NCBI GenBank assembly: GCA_001179505.1
Contig: CDMY01000887.1
Span: 179,293-243,292, forward strand
Source: Vitrella brassicaformis CCMP3155
Taxonomy: Eukaryota > Protista > Chromerida
Direction: 5' to 3'
Length of the DNA stretch: 64,000 nucleotides
A program made the translations under genes and the position numbers. Below the pieces are notes generated by a model. The model saw only the letters and a program-made list of their open reading frames with translations. It had not been told where the DNA came from and made no database searches. Positions 14,001 to 24,800 of this stretch are shown here, one piece after another. Position 1 is the first letter of the stretch. Each line of letters begins with the position of its first letter.

Positions 14001-17000
14001 CCTCACGCATGAGCCGGATGTAGGCACCGCTACGAGCGGACTCGTCTGCCCTTCAGTGACCGTTGGAGTGACCCCCACAGGGTCGGCAGTCAGTGACGGT
14101 CTACAAGCCATCGCACAGGTGACAATACAGTGCACATGCATACCATTCAGGCAACTGTCGTCTCTTCGTGGTGCTATTCGCTGTCCAGATTGCTTCGCGA
14201 AGCGCGGACGTGACTCAAATAATGGGTACAGCGACTGTCGCCGCATATTCCGTCGCCCACACGGCCTACGGAACAAGCCAGGACGAGGTCACCAGCGCCT
14301 TGGATGCCATCGTGAACATATTTGTACGCGACTTAAGGCCAAGACTTGTCTTCCGCAAATGAGATGCTTCCTGTGTTTCTCAGAGCTTGCCAGTACTCAC
14401 AAACACACAGTCTGCCGAGGATCTGAATGCCATCGCGCTGAGTATGCGAGAGCTGTTTGCAGACCTTCCCCTAGCACATACTCTTTCCTCAGACCAAATG
14501 AATAGTGCGTAAGTGTGGAACAACACAACAACGACCGATTGTCCGGCAATCGGGTTGACATCCTTCAGGGCACAAGCCTTGTTGAGTCAGGCGCAGGCGC
14601 ACGTGAAGAGCCTGGTCGACAGCGAGACGGACGGAGACCTCATGCAAAATGCGAGGCGCGACATGTTCGAGACAATGTCATCCCTCCTCAGGACGGACCA
14701 AGCAGCGAGTGAAAATGTCTCTGGCGCGATGCAGGGAGCTGTCAGGAACGTGGCCAATAGCATCATCAAGAGGGCCCTGGAGGAGGATGAAGATGTCGTC
14801 AGCACCAGCAATCTGACCCTGAAAGTTAAGAAGGTGGCCGGCTTTCAGGGACGCGGCATTCACTTTGCAGACGTAAGTGACACAGACGGACAGCAAAATA
14901 TAGGTGACCTTAAATTGTCTTTTTCACTCGTCCGTCTTGCAGGGGAACCTTAACACCTCTCTTGGAACGGCTATGTCGATTAACGGCAGTCGGGTCCGTC
15001 GACTGCAATCGGGCTCCGCGCTGTGTGAGTGTCCCGTATCTATCTACTCCCTCACCTGGCCTGTCAACCCCTTCCTGTACGCCACTGCTGGCGAGGGTAA
15101 CAGCAGCTTCGATGACGAATCTCTGCATGTTACAACAATCGAGCTCATCTGCTGCGACGAGGCTCTGGAGGTGACCAAGACTGGCGACAGCGACGAACCT
15201 CTCATTCAGTTCTTCGTGAGGGTGCCACCACTTCTCGTCAGTGAGACTGACCAGCGAGAGTTGACCCCAGTGCAGGCCGAGGAGTCAACACATGATTCAG
15301 TGATGTCAGGCCCCGACTCGAAATGGCAGCTCCGCCAGCTTACAATCGTCGAGAATCTTGGTTTTGCCGACTCGAAGAAAGTCTTCAAGGTGCACGCGGC
15401 GGTCGGGGTGTCGGGATGCACACGTGACGGTATTACTCCCTCTATCCCTTTCTGTTTCGAATTCAGCTTCACCTGCCCGGCGCCCCTGACCTGAACCTTG
15501 ATGTGCAGGAGCCCGTCTCGTCTTTTGCTGCCCCAGTGCCGGAGGGCTCCGTGCCGTGTGTGGATGACCCGACGAAGCTGTGCTTCAACATCACAGAATC
15601 TTATATCGCACTGGTGCATGAGTGGCTGTGCGAGTACTTTGACACACGCAACAGAAAGTGGTCACCTGAGGGATGCAGAAAACTCGACAGTGAGGGGACA
15701 CAAAAGGGCAACATCGGCTCTCTCTTGTCTTGACCCCTCATCTGCAATGGTCGCTTGCTTTGCAGGCAACGAGACACATGTTCTATGCGGGTGCGATCAC
15801 CTATCTTCGTTCACGGCGGCGGCCACAACAGCAAGCAAGCGATTCGACGACACCAACATCTACACCGTGCGTCAAACCGTGAGCTTGCTGCAAGACGTCG
15901 TCGACAAGCCGGTGAGGGTGGTCGAGTACTTCATCTTCTTCTTGGTCCTCCTCCTCCCCTTCTTGCACTTCGCTAACAGAGACAGGTAGGCCGTGATGCT
16001 GGTTAGGGAGGCAGACAGGACTAGTTTTCGCGTTTCAGGACCGATTGGCGGCCTCCGCACAAGCGCCGAAGACTCTTCTTCCAGGACAGATGTACACCAG
16101 CATCCACCACAATGCACGCTGCATCCGCCTGGCCTCTTCACTCCGGATGCTTTCGTCTGTCTATATCTGGCAGATCCGAGAAAGGACATGGGCTTCATGT
16201 GTATGGTGTGTCCACCCTTCCGGCTGTAAGGACGAAGAGAGAAGGACGGACGCTGCTATCATCGTGTGATGGTCCGTTTGCTCTGTCAGGTTCGGTGGTC
16301 TTGTCCTCGTCGCGCCTCTAATTATCAATGTCTCGGGGATTCTGAGGAGAGTACGTTTCTTCTGCTGCTTCGGTTGGCTGGTCTTCCTCGTCAAACGCTC
16401 CAAGAGGAAACGAGACCGGTATAAGGTGCGTGAAGCTGAAACTGAGGGCGAGGAGAAGGACAAAGACGTAAGATACACGACTTACTCATCGAACAAGCGC
16501 AGCCCACGATGGCTGTGCTTCGTCAGGAGGGCGCAGGGACGGAATTGCGGAGCACGATCACGTCCCGGCGGATCTCCGGCAAAAAGGGCTTTTCTGCCGT
16601 GCTGCAGCAACGTGACGCCGCTGATGACAACGGAGACTTTGTCCCATTCTATCGTCAGATGCGAAAACGTGAATGTCTTAGAAGTGAGCAATTTCGTCTG
16701 CTGTCTTTTCAGGGCTTCAGCAGAAAGAATATCGAGATGTACAGGCGAGGCTTGGAGCGTCCTTGCTCACCTTGCGGCACGTACGTAGTACCTCTGATCC
16801 GGAAAATGAGGCGGACACACAAGTGCTTACCGTTGTTATCCCTGTCCTGCAGGTGGCCCGAAGTGGCGGCAGGGAGACTCGGAAGATTCAGCAGGAGGCA
16901 CAGCATGGAGCTGCGATGGCACACGACATGAACATGTTGGACAGCATGAGCATCTCTGGGCAAGCAGCAGGTGATTACTCATGACTGCCGCAAGCAGAGA

Positions 17001-20000
17001 CAAGCACGCTGTTGACCTGCATATTGTATGTATGTGTCGCAGAGGGGCGTCGTTCCTCGTGGGTGTCAAGCGTCTCCCGCCAGAGCCTGAAAAGCACCAC
17101 CAGGGAGACCGAAGAAGTCTGGTCCATCCCCCTTGTCGCGCGGCCATTCTTTCACCTGTTCGGGTTATCGGTTGACAAAGAGGTAAAGCTTCGGCCGCAG
17201 GCCATGCAGGTCGCACATGCGGTGCAGGCGTTTGAGCAGCAAAAGAACGAAAACATCGCCTCGACTTTGTTGGAGACAGACGGTCAGGGACACGAAGCGG
17301 GCATCATATCGACTTGTCGACTGTTCTTGCTTTTCAGTTCACCGCAGCCGGACACGAAAGCTGAAGCGGATCTATAAGAGACAGCAGAAGTATATGATGC
17401 AGCGCAAGTATATGGTATATACAGAAGAAGCAAGAGGAGAAAGAAGCTTTGGATCTTCTGTAAATTCTTCCCCTCTCTTGCAGTTCGTCGCACTTCTCGA
17501 CGCGCAGGAAAAGAACCAGGCCTTCAAGAAAATGAGGTGGGTGCCAATTCAGAAGAAGCCCCGAATTCCGATAGTCATCTCCTCTTGTGGATCGACTGGA
17601 TCGACTTGTGACAGGGCGGCCCAAGTTGCGCTGGCTGCGCGCTACATTGAGCTGCGTGGTGCTGTGCCATCGCCCAACCAGCCCGCGAACTATTCGCCTC
17701 CACTTGGCTCCATGCCCGTGTACCTCAAGAGGGTCAAGCGAGAGGCCCTGTTTCTACCGCGGTAGGTCTCTGATTGAAGTAAGGACATGGTCACCATCTA
17801 TATCATAGCGTTGAACTGTCGGTGACGCAGATATGATTTGCAATTTGAGGCCACCATCCAGACCGGCACCATCTCAGCCGACTCAAGCAATTTGTTCGAA
17901 GATACGAGACATGTTTTCTGGTTGACGGACAAGGGCCGCGCGCTCTGCATTCATCCCCAGAGTCAATTGTGAGTGACGGCGATGACTTACATTGAGCTGC
18001 ACCTGTATGTGTGTGCTTCAGTGCGGAAAGCCTGCTGCTCCCACTTATCGAATACGAAGGACCGAGGTACATGCTGCCACTGGAGAGCGTCAGAGTGCGA
18101 CCCGTTGACGAGGCCACCAACCAGAAGCTGGTGCAGCTATTGATTGGCCTGAGTGACAATCGCACAAAGGAACCAAGAAGACTGGACAGGGCGCAAAGCA
18201 TATTGTACCGCAGCAGGTCGACGTTCGTTGCCGAGCTGGGCGAGTAAGATGAGCAGCTGAGGGAAAGTGCAATTGGCAGCAGTGTTCTTTTCCCCTCTCT
18301 AGGTACTGGGATCCGAGCGACCCCATGCAAGGAGTGGACGATGCTCCTTCGCCCTTGAACCGAGACGACAGCATTCACCGGGACAATAGAGGGGCAATGG
18401 TTGTCGTCGAGATTGAGCTGGCCGAACTCATGGACGCCAAGACCGTCAAGTCTCTGCTTGCCAGTACACCGACCTGGGCGCGGCGTGACATTCAGTGGAG
18501 CACTAGTGGGGATGAGAAAAGTGACGCTGCGGCTGCAAGGCGTGCTGCACTGGGGAAGTGGGCTTCGGCGACATACGACCTGCGCCATCAAGCTGAGACG
18601 AGCCCACTGTCGATCCCATCCACAGCCCTGGACGCTTACATGCCACACCTGGGCATGTGCTCATTGTGGATGAGCCATCAGGGTCTCGCCCTAAATATCC
18701 TACCCCGAGAGGTTTCCAGCTTCAGGTCGATTGAGACCAAAATGCTGCCATCATCGGACAGTATCGTCTCCAAGCAACTGCGGCCCATCCAGAACCTGTT
18801 CGGCCGGCTCAAGCTTGGCAGCGAGCAGACCAGAAATGAGCAGGAGGCCGTCTACAAGGTGTACGTGGTCTTCCTCTCGGATATCACTGAGATCAGGACC
18901 GTCGATGGCACTGAACCAGACGGCGACGAGGATGGCGGCCTGGACGTGTCGAACCTGCCATCAGTCAAGCTCGTGCTTTCAAATGGATCTTACGTACGCT
19001 TCCACTTCGCCCATGACATGATCGGCAAAGCCTTCAGCAACAACATCCAGGCGGTCTCGCGCGCGTCTCTGTCCGTGAAGCGGCGCAAAAAGAGGAGAGC
19101 ATTGCTGGGCGAAGGCGGTGCCCTCGACAAAAAGGTCAACGTCAACGTGGAGGCGCTTTTCACAGACGACATTCCCGATCGGCATGCGGCGCCGCTGAAA
19201 CGTTCTTCGTCCTTCTCAGGACGACGCGCCGATGAGACATCGCCGGTCATCATGATAGACGTCTTCGACGACAACCAACCCAAACATCGGATCGCGCTGC
19301 GACCGTCTACGTGCTTCTCTGACAGCCTCGCAAGCAGACAGCCAGAAGTTGCAAATGAAGAGGAAGATGCGGCTGCAGGAGGCCTGGGAGTAGCGGGCTT
19401 CGATGACTTTTTCAGTGCCGACAAGACCCCAGCACCGAGACGGGCTGGCAGCGCCAACGCGACTGAGTCCCTTGCTGTGTCATCCCCCTCGAGCCCGCTC
19501 CGGAGGCGCAAGGACGGCTCGTCATTCGACAGATCGGCTGGCGAGCACCACGACTCTGCTATTGCGACATCCTTCCAGACAGCCCAGCAAGCGATCCAGG
19601 TCGCTGAGCACGAGGCGCTGCAGCACCAGAGCACTCTGGAGAACATTGCTGAGGCGGAGACACAGTTCGAAGAGGCCCCCGTGTCCATTCTATGTGACGA
19701 CGTCTTCCATGAGTCGACATTGTCGGCCGTCGTGGCGGACATTCCTGAAGAGGTCCGGGAGAAAGTCGACACGAAGGAGCCAGAGAAGCCCTCTTCGCGC
19801 GGGTGCTGTGCTAAGCTGCAAGATGGGCTGATGCGGTTTGAGGATTACCAGAATCAGACGATCGTCTACACATGGGAGGCCACCAACCTCCGCGCACTCG
19901 TCAGCAAACAGAACAAGCGCACTCAGGTATGCAGCTCTGCATCTGAGCACGACCCCTCTCGATCCTCGGTGTTTGTCGACACAATCACAGAATTTGGTAC

Positions 20001-21542
20001 TCGCGAAGAGGCTGCAGTATCACGAGTGGCCCAGCAGTCGCCTTATATGGACGGTCGCCATCAGGGAGCATCCATGTAAGCACAAGGCGGATTACACGAT
20101 GCACAACATTTTCATTCCGCTTGGCTCTACAATCGTGTAATCCAAAATTGAGCAGTTCCAAAAGTATTCCCATACAATCCATTGATCTCGAGGTCAGCTA
20201 TGGGCTGTGAGTGGCTCGTGTCACGCTTTTCCTGTGCGCTGCAGGTGCCAGCGATACCTGATCGAGTTCAGCTCGATTGTTACCGAACTCTTCTTCACTT
20301 CGCTCTTCTTCAACGCAGAGTGCGTATCGAGGCCTTCACGTGAGCTATTGAGCACTCACAGAGAACATTCATTTAATATGCGTCCATTGCTGACGTGTCT
20401 CGATCAGCTGAGGTGTGTTTCCCCTTGATCAATCCCTTCGTGCCGTCGTGGCACGTGCTCTTCAGCTCGTTGTGGGGCGTCGTGCTGGCCGTACCTATCC
20501 CCCTCTTCCTAAGGGTAGACTCGAGCACTACACAGATGTGTGGCAGATTGCGCCTTCTCTCCGTGTATGAAATTATCAGTTTTGTTTCGCCAAGAGGATT
20601 GTCGAGGAGCTGTCGACGCCAGCAGAGAAGACCTTCATTGTAAATACCAACACGGACACAGCTGCAACACACCTGATTGTCTCATGTCTCGCCTGTTCAC
20701 CCCCCCTCTTTTTCTGAAGCTGCACTACTGGCGCATCAAGGACCTTCTGGGGTACACGGTCGTTTCCCTGTGGGATGCCTTCTGCATATACTTCATCCTG
20801 CTCTTCATACTGGTAGGGGCAATCTTGATTGATCGAGACAGGCTACCAACATGCGTCCTGTCCTTTTGTAGAAGTACGACGATACCCTGGTTTTCAAGTG
20901 GACCCAGACGGCGATTCTCGCTCTCTTCAACAGGTGAACCAGCCGAGTCGGTAGCCCATCTTTACTCTTGAGCGTCATATCTGCGTGTGTCGTATTACTC
21001 CGGCAGGATAGTGACGGCTCCCACGGCGCGCACCCTGTGGGTGTCCGCAGTGCTTTTGATCAGCAAGAAAACCTGGATATGCGACTTCCTGCTCATGGCA
21101 TGGCCGGCACTCATCGCCTTCACACACCCAGACATCACAAAACTCAAAAAACGAGCACCCGACAACAAAACGGTAAGACAAGGAGAGGACATGCAGGGAC
21201 ACTCTTGCTGATAAGGACACTCTTGCACGTCTCATTCAGCAGGACATGGCTGAGAGCGAGGCGTGGCCATTGGAAGCGCACAAGGAGGAGCGGACTCGCC
21301 TGAGGCTCCCTGCCGCGGCCGGCGCAGCCGACCCATTTGTGAGTCGGGTTGTCCGCAGCAAGGAGGCCGGTGTGCCACACGATGAGGACAGCGAGCTGAG
21401 CGACGAGAGTCCCATGATCATACCAACAGTGGATAGGAACGCCAGTAGGACAATAGGAAAGCAGCAGAAGCCGTCGGCTAAGAAGGCCGTAGAGTATGAT
21501 GAGTACTACATCAAGCAACGATCGGGCATGCCCTACTTCTGA
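2047..21542 (+). CDS. Giant polycystin-1/PKD1-like REJ-GPS multi-pass receptor (roughly 5,000 aa by estimate, dozens of exons)
   Basis: Signal peptide MRLLVTALAVAFQFVILSAS. Most GT-AG junctions traced in frame to the stop after ...SGMPYF. Domains: PAN/apple (CQKLCAEDEECTHFS), F5/8C-like, trefoil-like (ACEALGCCWD), H-lectin-like repeats, bacterial Ig-like repeats (DLAGN), Myxococcus Cys repeat, REJ (GGLGRPIEATWSC; RPPFGG..GWMD), GPS (WLCEYF..WSPEGC..CGCDHLSSF), then PKD-type TM segments (REHP, RCQRYL). Confidence 0.88.
4814..4945 (+). other. Trefoil (P-type)-like domain exon of the giant receptor
   Basis: CPNSQMRFARCALQTSSQSACEALGCCWDASADDCY has trefoil cysteine spacing and the CCWD..CY signature. 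Confidence 0.7.
5441..7163 (+). other. H-type-lectin-like beta repeats of the giant receptor
   Basis: Recurrent motifs WHRVVFPKSF, VIVIVTV, ARVKDVSPYGF, VPWMILEKG, IGYLAIE. Confidence 0.55.
7265..10768 (+). other. Bacterial Ig-like (invasin/Big-type) repeat array of the giant receptor
   Basis: Repeats such as VMFTDAYGN, LRDSKNN, VELRDGS, MLDTHGNP, SITDIYN, NGVGSF, and DLAGNENLAS. Confidence 0.7.
10978..11180 (+). other. Myxococcus-type cysteine-rich repeat
   Basis: Spliced sequence TVCGNGIRTTEDEQCDD/GNEETGDGCDAECLVEGGWVC. Confidence 0.85.
15623..15812 (+). other. GPS (GPCR proteolysis site) motif with intact HL/S cleavage consensus
   Basis: WLCEYFDTRNRKWSPEGCRKLD/SNETHVLCGCDHLSSF, followed by a TM helix (YFIFFLVLLLPFLHF). 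Confidence 0.9.
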
Positions 21543-21748
21543 CCTAGCTAAGTGTATGTATGCTGCGGTATTCTGTGCTGCGCCATGCTGTTGTTATTGT
21601 GCCTATGGTATTTTGGTCTTTTGACTTTCTTGATGCCTTGCAAGAGAAGTATTAGGGTGCACTTTCTTGGTTTGTGTTAGCTCACTATTGGGACATTCAC
21701 TCATAGGGAAACAGAGAGTTTCTGGCGCACAATGGGTGTAGTGCGTGT

Positions 21749-21796
21749 AAGCAAGGCGGGTAAGCAAGGCGTGCAAGCAAGGCGTGCAAGCAAGGC
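21749..21796. repeat. 13-bp-period tandem repeat, 4 copies of the AAGCAAGGC core
   Basis: Core at 21749, 21762, 21775 and 21788, in the convergent intergenic region. Confidence 0.9.
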
Positions 21797-21883
21797 ACAC
21801 AGTGTTCTATTCTGTGCGCTGGAACGAATAGACGCTCTTACATGTATCCATCGAAAGATCAGCTCTGTTTCCATCGATATCCA

Positions 21884-24800
21884 CTATTCAAATGGCCCGC
21901 CGCCACCGAGCTCAACGTCTGAAAACAACCCACAAACAGAATGGTAAGTACGAGCCGATTGTGCCCCTTGTCCCAGCATGTCTCCTTGATTTTTCCCCGG
22001 TGGCAGATGTGCGGATCGTTTCTCGCTTACCGACTGTCTGGGCACGATGCACGGTGGCCTTCTGCCGCGAGATCTCCTTCCCGATGGGCGCCTCATGTGA
22101 CGACAGCGATCGCCGTGGACGCCGAGGAGGATCGAACAGCTGGTCGAAGGTCGGGGCGACAACTGTGCAAACACATACACAGGGCAGCGTAGACAAGGGG
22201 CGGTGCATGCATTTTTTGTGTTGCCTTTCTTGCTGCTCTTCAGGACGCTCTTCGGGGGCGTCACTGAGACTCCCGTCGTCTTGCTGCGGGACGGCGCTGT
22301 GTTGGTGCCTCTGGTCGATCGCCGGCGAGGTCCGGTCTCCTCGTCCTCGAAAAGACGGCCGGACTTGTCTGCGGACTTGCCGATAACCGTGCTGATGAAG
22401 AGGCATGTGTGCACACAGGAGACATTTGCTGACTTGCTTTCTGTCTGTCTCTGCTCGACTCTACCTGTTGTCTGCGCCACTCTCCTTTTTGTAGGCCGAG
22501 CGGCGGGCCTCTTCCTGCGCCACTCGCTGTCTGTTGCGGTAGCAAAGACCCAGCCAGAGGGCGACCGCTCCGGCGATCATCACCAGCACGAAGGTCAGCG
22601 GCGTGGCCCACATCCAGGGCTCAGCGACGCCTGACTCCTTCTGTGAGCCGCTGAGGAGCATGGCAGAGAGGATGCACGGGGCGGAGCTGCTGGACGTGCA
22701 CTTGGTGCCGAAGTGGCGGATGCTTTTGGGGCAGCACGCATACACACGGGTGTCGTGTGCTGAGTCATAGGCGGCCGGGCAGGACTCATCCGAGCAGCTG
22801 GGGCAGACGGCGTCGCAGCAGATATGGTAGGCTGGCGAATACGTGCCGCCTCTCTGGGAGCACATGTCCTGGAAGGCGCTGATTTGGTCCTGCTGCGGGT
22901 CGATGGGAGTCAGGTCAGGTGTGGACACAGGCACCGTTGTGCCCTCCTCGGGAGGCGGCTGCGTCGTGCCCATTGGCGGCACAGTGGGTGCCTGTGTCTC
23001 AACCGGCTGTGTCGGTCCAGCGGTGGTCTCAGAAGATGGGGCAGTGCTGCCGGAAATCGGTGCTTCGGTGGTGGGCAAGACAGGTGGAAGGCCGCTTGCG
23101 GGCTGAGGAGTGATTGTGTCGGTGGTGTCAGAGAGGTCTGCAGTTGTCACGGGGACGTCTGTGGTCTTTGGGGTGTCTGGCGAGGCCGTGGTGGGGACGA
23201 CAGGAGGCTGAGTGGGCAGCGCTGAGACACATAGGCACATCGACAGACAACCAAGCAAATGTGTGTGCTCGCCAAGCTTGTGGGATGGCTGTTGACTGAC
23301 TGACGTCTGTAGGAAGCAATCCAGTAGAGGCCGTACGCACGGGTGATGCCGTCGTTGAGCGCCATCGACGGAGCCGCGTACTGGTCGTACGCACTATCCC
23401 TGCATGCTCACACACACATCCACGCAATCATGAATGAGACCATTCTGCTTCATGTCTCAGAGACACAAGGGGTGCACTGATTGGCTGGCTGACTGGTCAA
23501 CGAGGGCAAGATTGCCGGTGAGGAGGAGGCTCTTCCACGAGTTAGTCTGCGAGAGCGTCTCAGCGGGCGCCATCAGCGGGATGTACTGCAAAACGCTCTC
23601 CCACTCCTGCGGGAGGAAGAAGCATCTTCAAGTGTGGCCGGGCACCTGTTGCAACGTGTCTTGCCCGTACCTCTCTGCAGAATTGCTCAGACCGCGACAG
23701 CAGCAGAGCAGGTGTCACCGGCAGCATCTGGTGCACAAATCATGTTTGCTCATGTGTCTCCCGGGTGTGGTGTGTGTCTCGACAGGTGCTTCGCTCACCT
23801 GTATGCCGTGAATGTACTCAGTGTTGTCACCGAACCAAGTGGCGTAGTCGACTTTGTTCTCGAACAAAATACCGGACACCTGTCGGACAAGAAGCGTTGA
23901 CTGACTGACCAGCCTGTCGTGTGTTGTGTGGCCGGATGTGGACCTTGTTTGGAATGGACTGCTCAGGGTGGTTCTGGTTGCCGTCGCGCAGAAGGAAGTA
24001 GTTCTTGTGCGCACGCCTGTCATGTGTGGGACAGAAACAGAGTGACATACGTGCTAATGAGTGGAGTGGCTGCATGCTCTGTGCAGCTCACGAGATGACG
24101 TTGAGGATGAGCCGTCCCAGCGACTGCATCTCCGTGTTGCCCGTCACCCGCCCCCACACGTGCATGGCAAAGTAGAAATTCACCTCTTCGGAAACGCTCT
24201 CCTACACACACCCATATATACACACAGACATTTGTGTGAGCACGCACCAAGCAACATCCAAGGCAAGAGATTCACCTGGTCCTTGCCGTCGATAGAGTAG
24301 AGTATGCCGCGTGACCACGAGTGCCCGCTGTACCAGTCCAGTGCGCGAAACATGGGGAACCACGTGTCGGCTCTCGAGGGGTTGACCACATCCCGCAACA
24401 TCGTCTGCACGAACACCTTGTTGTTGCCCGCATCCAGCCAAGAGGGATCCAGCGACGCCAGGGCGGCCGCAGCAACAATGTAGTACCCGAAATGGCTGCA
24501 CAGCAAGGGAGACAGAGACACAAACAGCATGGCCTACGTAGGTGTTCGCTGACGTGTGTGGCTGACGCACTAGTGGTGGTCATTGTAGGCAGGGTTGCCG
24601 AAGTCTTGCAGCAGCATTAGGATTGGCTGGTTGGCGTTGTCTGCCGCGGTCGCTCTGCCCGCCTCGCTGACGATGCCGCCCCACGACAGGTCATACACGA
24701 GCCTATGTGTGTATGGGACACGCACACATACACACGCACACACGCACAATGCCACAGAGCCGGGCCCTCCCTTACTGCGGCGGTGTGGGTGAGCTGCAGG

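Noticed and set aside
14904-15494. Apparent stop at 15492-15494 splitting the giant gene in two
   Set aside because: Intron 15390-15466 shifts into the frame LHLPGAPDLNLDVQEPV..., which continues to the GPS, so this stop is out of frame.
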